From contig CM082580.2 in NCBI GenBank assembly GCA_040954595.2, positions 9,154,390 to 9,218,389 of the forward strand: DNA of 64,000 bases, in the 5' to 3' direction. The notes beneath the pieces were generated by a model. It ran no database searches, was not told where the DNA came from, and was given only the letters and a program-made list of their open reading frames with translations. This DNA comes from Balanoglossus misakiensis (Eukaryota > Animalia > Hemichordata). Below, piece by piece: positions 58,982-64,000 of this stretch (the first letter of the stretch is position 1; each line of letters begins with the position of its first letter). The translations under genes and the position numbers were made by a program.

Positions 58982-61557
58982 TTATTCATACGCAGCATAT
59001 ACTGTGTCACCCCGGGTTACAGTGCCCTCCACGTCAATGGCAAGATGGACACCAAATAGTGGAGCGTCGTGGTAAAGCGGTTTGTCTTCTTGCTCGCACA
59101 TACGATACCTAGAATCAAACAAACGTGTGGACAAATGTCAGGATTTTAGGTCGAAAATCACTTGAGTCTTCGATTCTAACTCGATACAGGCTAAGCAACC
59201 ACCCAAACGGGCGAGTCTTTTACCATATACAGTATTCAAACCATTTGCACACAAAAGAAAAATGAACACTTTGGTGTTAATGACGAAATTACAAGTCTAT
59301 CAGTCTTGAAGGCACTCACGTTTTCAAGGTCATCAACGGGTCGTTTTTCTCAGATACACTGCCAGTGTCAGGATCCACAGTGGTGACTTTACACCTGGAA
59401 AAGAATGAAACTATTTCACGTGGATCATGTCATTCATCGAACAAATGCCAGAAAACACCCTTCAAGCATCTTGCAAATATTTTTCGTATCGTAATTTTAT
59501 TTGATAGCAAAGGTGGTGATGTTGCATTTCACATAGTTACCTTTCGTTGTATTTCACGTGCTTTAGAACAACGTCTCCTATTTTGATGTGCTTCCAGTTG
59601 TCCTGTAAAACCAACACGGAAGGCGACGTTACAGAAACTCGGTGACAAATTCTGTGCGCGGAGGTAGCAGACATGCGCAATCAGTAAGCCTACTCGTTTT
59701 CGAATCAGAGTTCAGAAACGCCTCTTGTATATTTTTTGGACAGCCCAGAACATTTGGACGAATCCGCGACGTGAGGCAAGCGACAAAGAAATACTAGTAG
59801 CCATGGTGTCATGCGTCCGAAATAACGGAGCACATGATGCTCCAAGTGCGAAATTGTCATCTCTCGATAAATTTGAAAGATAACCATGACATTTTTTCTA
59901 ATCAGACTGATAAAATGGAGTTCGCAGATCTAGAGAATTCCGCCCCACCTCGTCATACGGTTGACTCTTCGACACGACGAAATTCGGTCGGAAATTTCTC
60001 GCTGTGATCGGCTCCTCCAATTTACTGTTGAGGTCTGCCAGAGACGATTCCCCCATCAGCATGTAGCCGGCGTCCTCCTGGTAAATCATCTAGAAAGGAG
60101 GATCGTGGAAAAGAGACGGGCAACTGGTGTAAAATATAGCTTCATTTTTGTCCAAAATTCGAAATTGGTAACAACATCCACTGATACTGTGACAGATTCA
60201 AAAATCGAACGCATGTCCAATACATATATTTTCAGAACTCGCAAAAGCAAGGCCAGTATACCACACTTGGAAACTTTATGTCCACAACAGCTGCCCGGAT
60301 CCGCTATTAAGTCCTGTAGAAAAAAATTAGTCTAAAACGCAACTTCTCATAATAACCTATATTGGTAGGAAGGAAAAAAAGGAAGAAAGGAAGGAACTAC
60401 GGGTAGGACTATAGCGTCTTACATAATCTCCTTTCTTGCCGATCGGTCTCGCTCTTCCCGCCTTGCTAACTTCTCTCGGTATTAAGTCGTCATCACCGAA
60501 AATCATTTTCATTGGTTTCCCGAAGTATTTTGTCAGCCAAGCCTCAACTTCCTTGCCACAGTATTTTCCCTGGATGTCTTGACGCCACAACCTGTCGAGG
60601 TCAAATCGATGAAGCTTTTATCGACCGTCAAAAGTTGGGGAAAGATGGTGTTATAGTTATAGGCGAATGCTTGTTTCTACAAGTTTTAAAAAAATCAGTC
60701 AGTTTTAAAGACTCAATTTTAGTCAGTCAGTCAGTCAGTCAGTCAGGCTGTCTGTCTGTAACACGCTACTGTATTTTTATAATGTGACGATAGATGAAAC
60801 AGTCGACTATGTCAACTGCATCTCTCTATCTGTACACGTCTCTCATACCTCGTTTCTATGACTTCCCGTTCGCTTTCCGGTATCTCATTCAAATCCAAGG
60901 GTACTTTCAATGGGGACATACTCGGCGCGTTGAGGATGAGATACCGTTCGTCTTCTGACAAACTCGGCGTGATCAGCACCATCGACGGTTCGTGACTTAT
61001 CATTTGGAATCGGTTGTCTTCATTCAGTATCATCCAGTGTCTACGAAAAGAAAATGGGGGAGGTTTGATAAACTTTGCGTAAGTTACGACACTCTCCTTA
61101 CTTCAGTAGGTCTCGGGATCTGCTTCAAATTCAACGGATGTTGTACCTCTCAATCTTCGAATGAGCGTGTGATGGCACACTTTATTTTGTCGGAGTAGCC
61201 ACCCAGCAGTGACCCAGTGAACATCTAGCTGCAGTAGATCTCACCTTGTCATGGTAACTGTGGCTAAATTTGCCTTTATACAAGGAACACTTGGCCAAAC
61301 CGCAAGATATGTATACGCGCGTGTTTTTACTACCTGTCCCTGAGTTTCCCATACTCCAGACCGCGTCTCGTACACTCGCCGGATTGTACGTCGATGCCAC
61401 GGCACGACTTCACCGGATGGATGAAGATCGTCTCGAGGGTTCCGACAGCTTTGTAAATCCTCTTTTTGCGCGTTGACTTGTAGAGAAGTATCGCTCCCGC
61501 TACGACTGCACAGCCCGCTAGACCCCCCAACACCAGCTGTTTGCTGCCGATGTCCAT
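58982..61557 (-). CDS. MTARC1: Mitochondrial amidoxime-reducing component (mARC, MOSC_N + MOSC domains), 7 exons
   Basis: N-terminal TM anchor (LVLGGLAGCAVVAGAILLY), IFIHPVKSCRG...GLEYGKLRDR/HWMIL, CGKEVEAWLTKYFG, ESSLADLNSKL...NFRPNFVV, DNWKHIKIGDVVL...ER/CKVTTVDPDTG, YRMC...PLFGVHL...GDTVYAAYE* (TAA 58982-58984). Co-orthologue of MTARC1/2. Confidence 0.9.
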
Positions 61558-62708
61558 TTCCTCTCTCTCTCTGTCCGGCGGTGTCACATGATACACGTAG
61601 GTCAAGACCATGTCATAGGTTAAAGGTAGGCGGTCACCTGTTCAAATGTAGCCACAATCAATATCATGGAAAGTTGAGCTGTAGCCATTCACAGATGGAA
61701 AATACTGCGCCAAAAATGATCATTCGAAGATTTAGACACAGCATTTAACTATATATGCTTGTAAATCGCGTGATTGTGTACCTTTATTACAAATTAACCA
61801 GAAGTCATAGTCTGGATTTGTGCAATGCTAGTACCAGTGCGCATTGTCGGGTGTATGTGTTCATTTAAAAATCATGACAGCAAAGGCCTGTGTGGTTTCC
61901 TATATTTGTTTTATTCACACTTTCATCAATAAAGTTGTTACAACTAAAAAAGCCTTTTTAACCTTCAAATGTAAAATATGATTTCTTGGAAAAGTCATCT
62001 TGTGGCCTCAAAATCCATAAATGAACAGCAAAAGACAATGGCAAAATTTGGTTTCAAAACGAAGATAAATATAATCCTTTTTATATAGATTGTGAAATAA
62101 TGAAAATGAGAAACTATGCAACTATCTAATACAAAATTAGTGTCCTTTGAATAACTACCCCCCCCCTACCTATTGACATTTACCCACTACCAAGTTAAGT
62201 ATAGGGTTAAGGGTTGGGGTTAGTATCCAGGGGGTGTTCATCCTAAAACCTTACTAACATGATTTATATGGGTTATATAATACCAAAACAAAACACTAGG
62301 CGTTTCATTTGAACATGCTTGTAAAATGATATTGCTTACTAATTATTCTGTAATCATTCTCCCATTTTCAACATTGAAGAACTTTCCGAACACCCTGATC
62401 TGATCCGATAAACTCATAAAGACTACACATAAACATGGGTCAGATGCTCAATCTGATTAAAATCAGATGTCGAGTTAGGCACCGTCTTTACTTTTGTTGG
62501 TTTGTACAAAGTCTACATTTCAAGTATTCTAGGGTACATAACCATACCTAAAACTGAATCACTTGATCATTGCTCCAAAAAAGCAACCCAAATTGGGGCA
62601 AATCTGTACATTTGGCAACAGGGAAGAATACTGTAGGTTGGGTTTCTTGACCGGAGTTGAAGCATCCTCAAAATCACTAAAAAAGTGGACGTTTCAGCCA
62701 TAGTTATT

Positions 62709-63867
<1,159 letters not shown>

Positions 63868-64000
63868 CTGAGGAAGCTCAAATGTTAATCCTTCTGTATT
63901 TTGGAGGGAGAAAGATTGTAATAAATATTATATGTGATGTCACTCTGCCATACAATACACCCCCTCCAATCACTCTTACATAATCGTACACAACCTTACC

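Overview
Gene-dense, AT-rich animal genomic DNA with short GT-AG introns. Gene content and style suggest an invertebrate deuterostome, possibly a hemichordate (inference). Eleven protein-coding genes can be reconstructed in this order: CCDC47(-), intronless TAF12(-), DLEC1/CFAP81(+), WIP/WIPF(+), LRRC46(-), GPR155/LYCHOS(+), a hydroxyacid oxidase(+), an unrecognised 6-exon 301-aa gene(-), two tandem intronless TRIM-NHL E3 ligases(+), a mARC/MOSC gene(-) and the 3' part of LANCL(-). The most interesting part is the CpG-rich block at about 45-61.7 kb. It holds the unassigned Cys-rich/PPxY gene head-to-head with the TRIM pair, and the TRIM copies show a patchwork identity suggestive of gene conversion. 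An ISRE+GAS motif cluster lies upstream of the second TRIM, and the two flanking redox enzymes carry substituted active-site residues. Also present are a family of ~90-bp TTAA-type MITEs, a PPPY cassette exon in WIP and a 137-bp perfect duplication. No RNA genes, CRISPR arrays or autonomous transposons were recognised. All gene identities come from recalled family motifs, not database searches.
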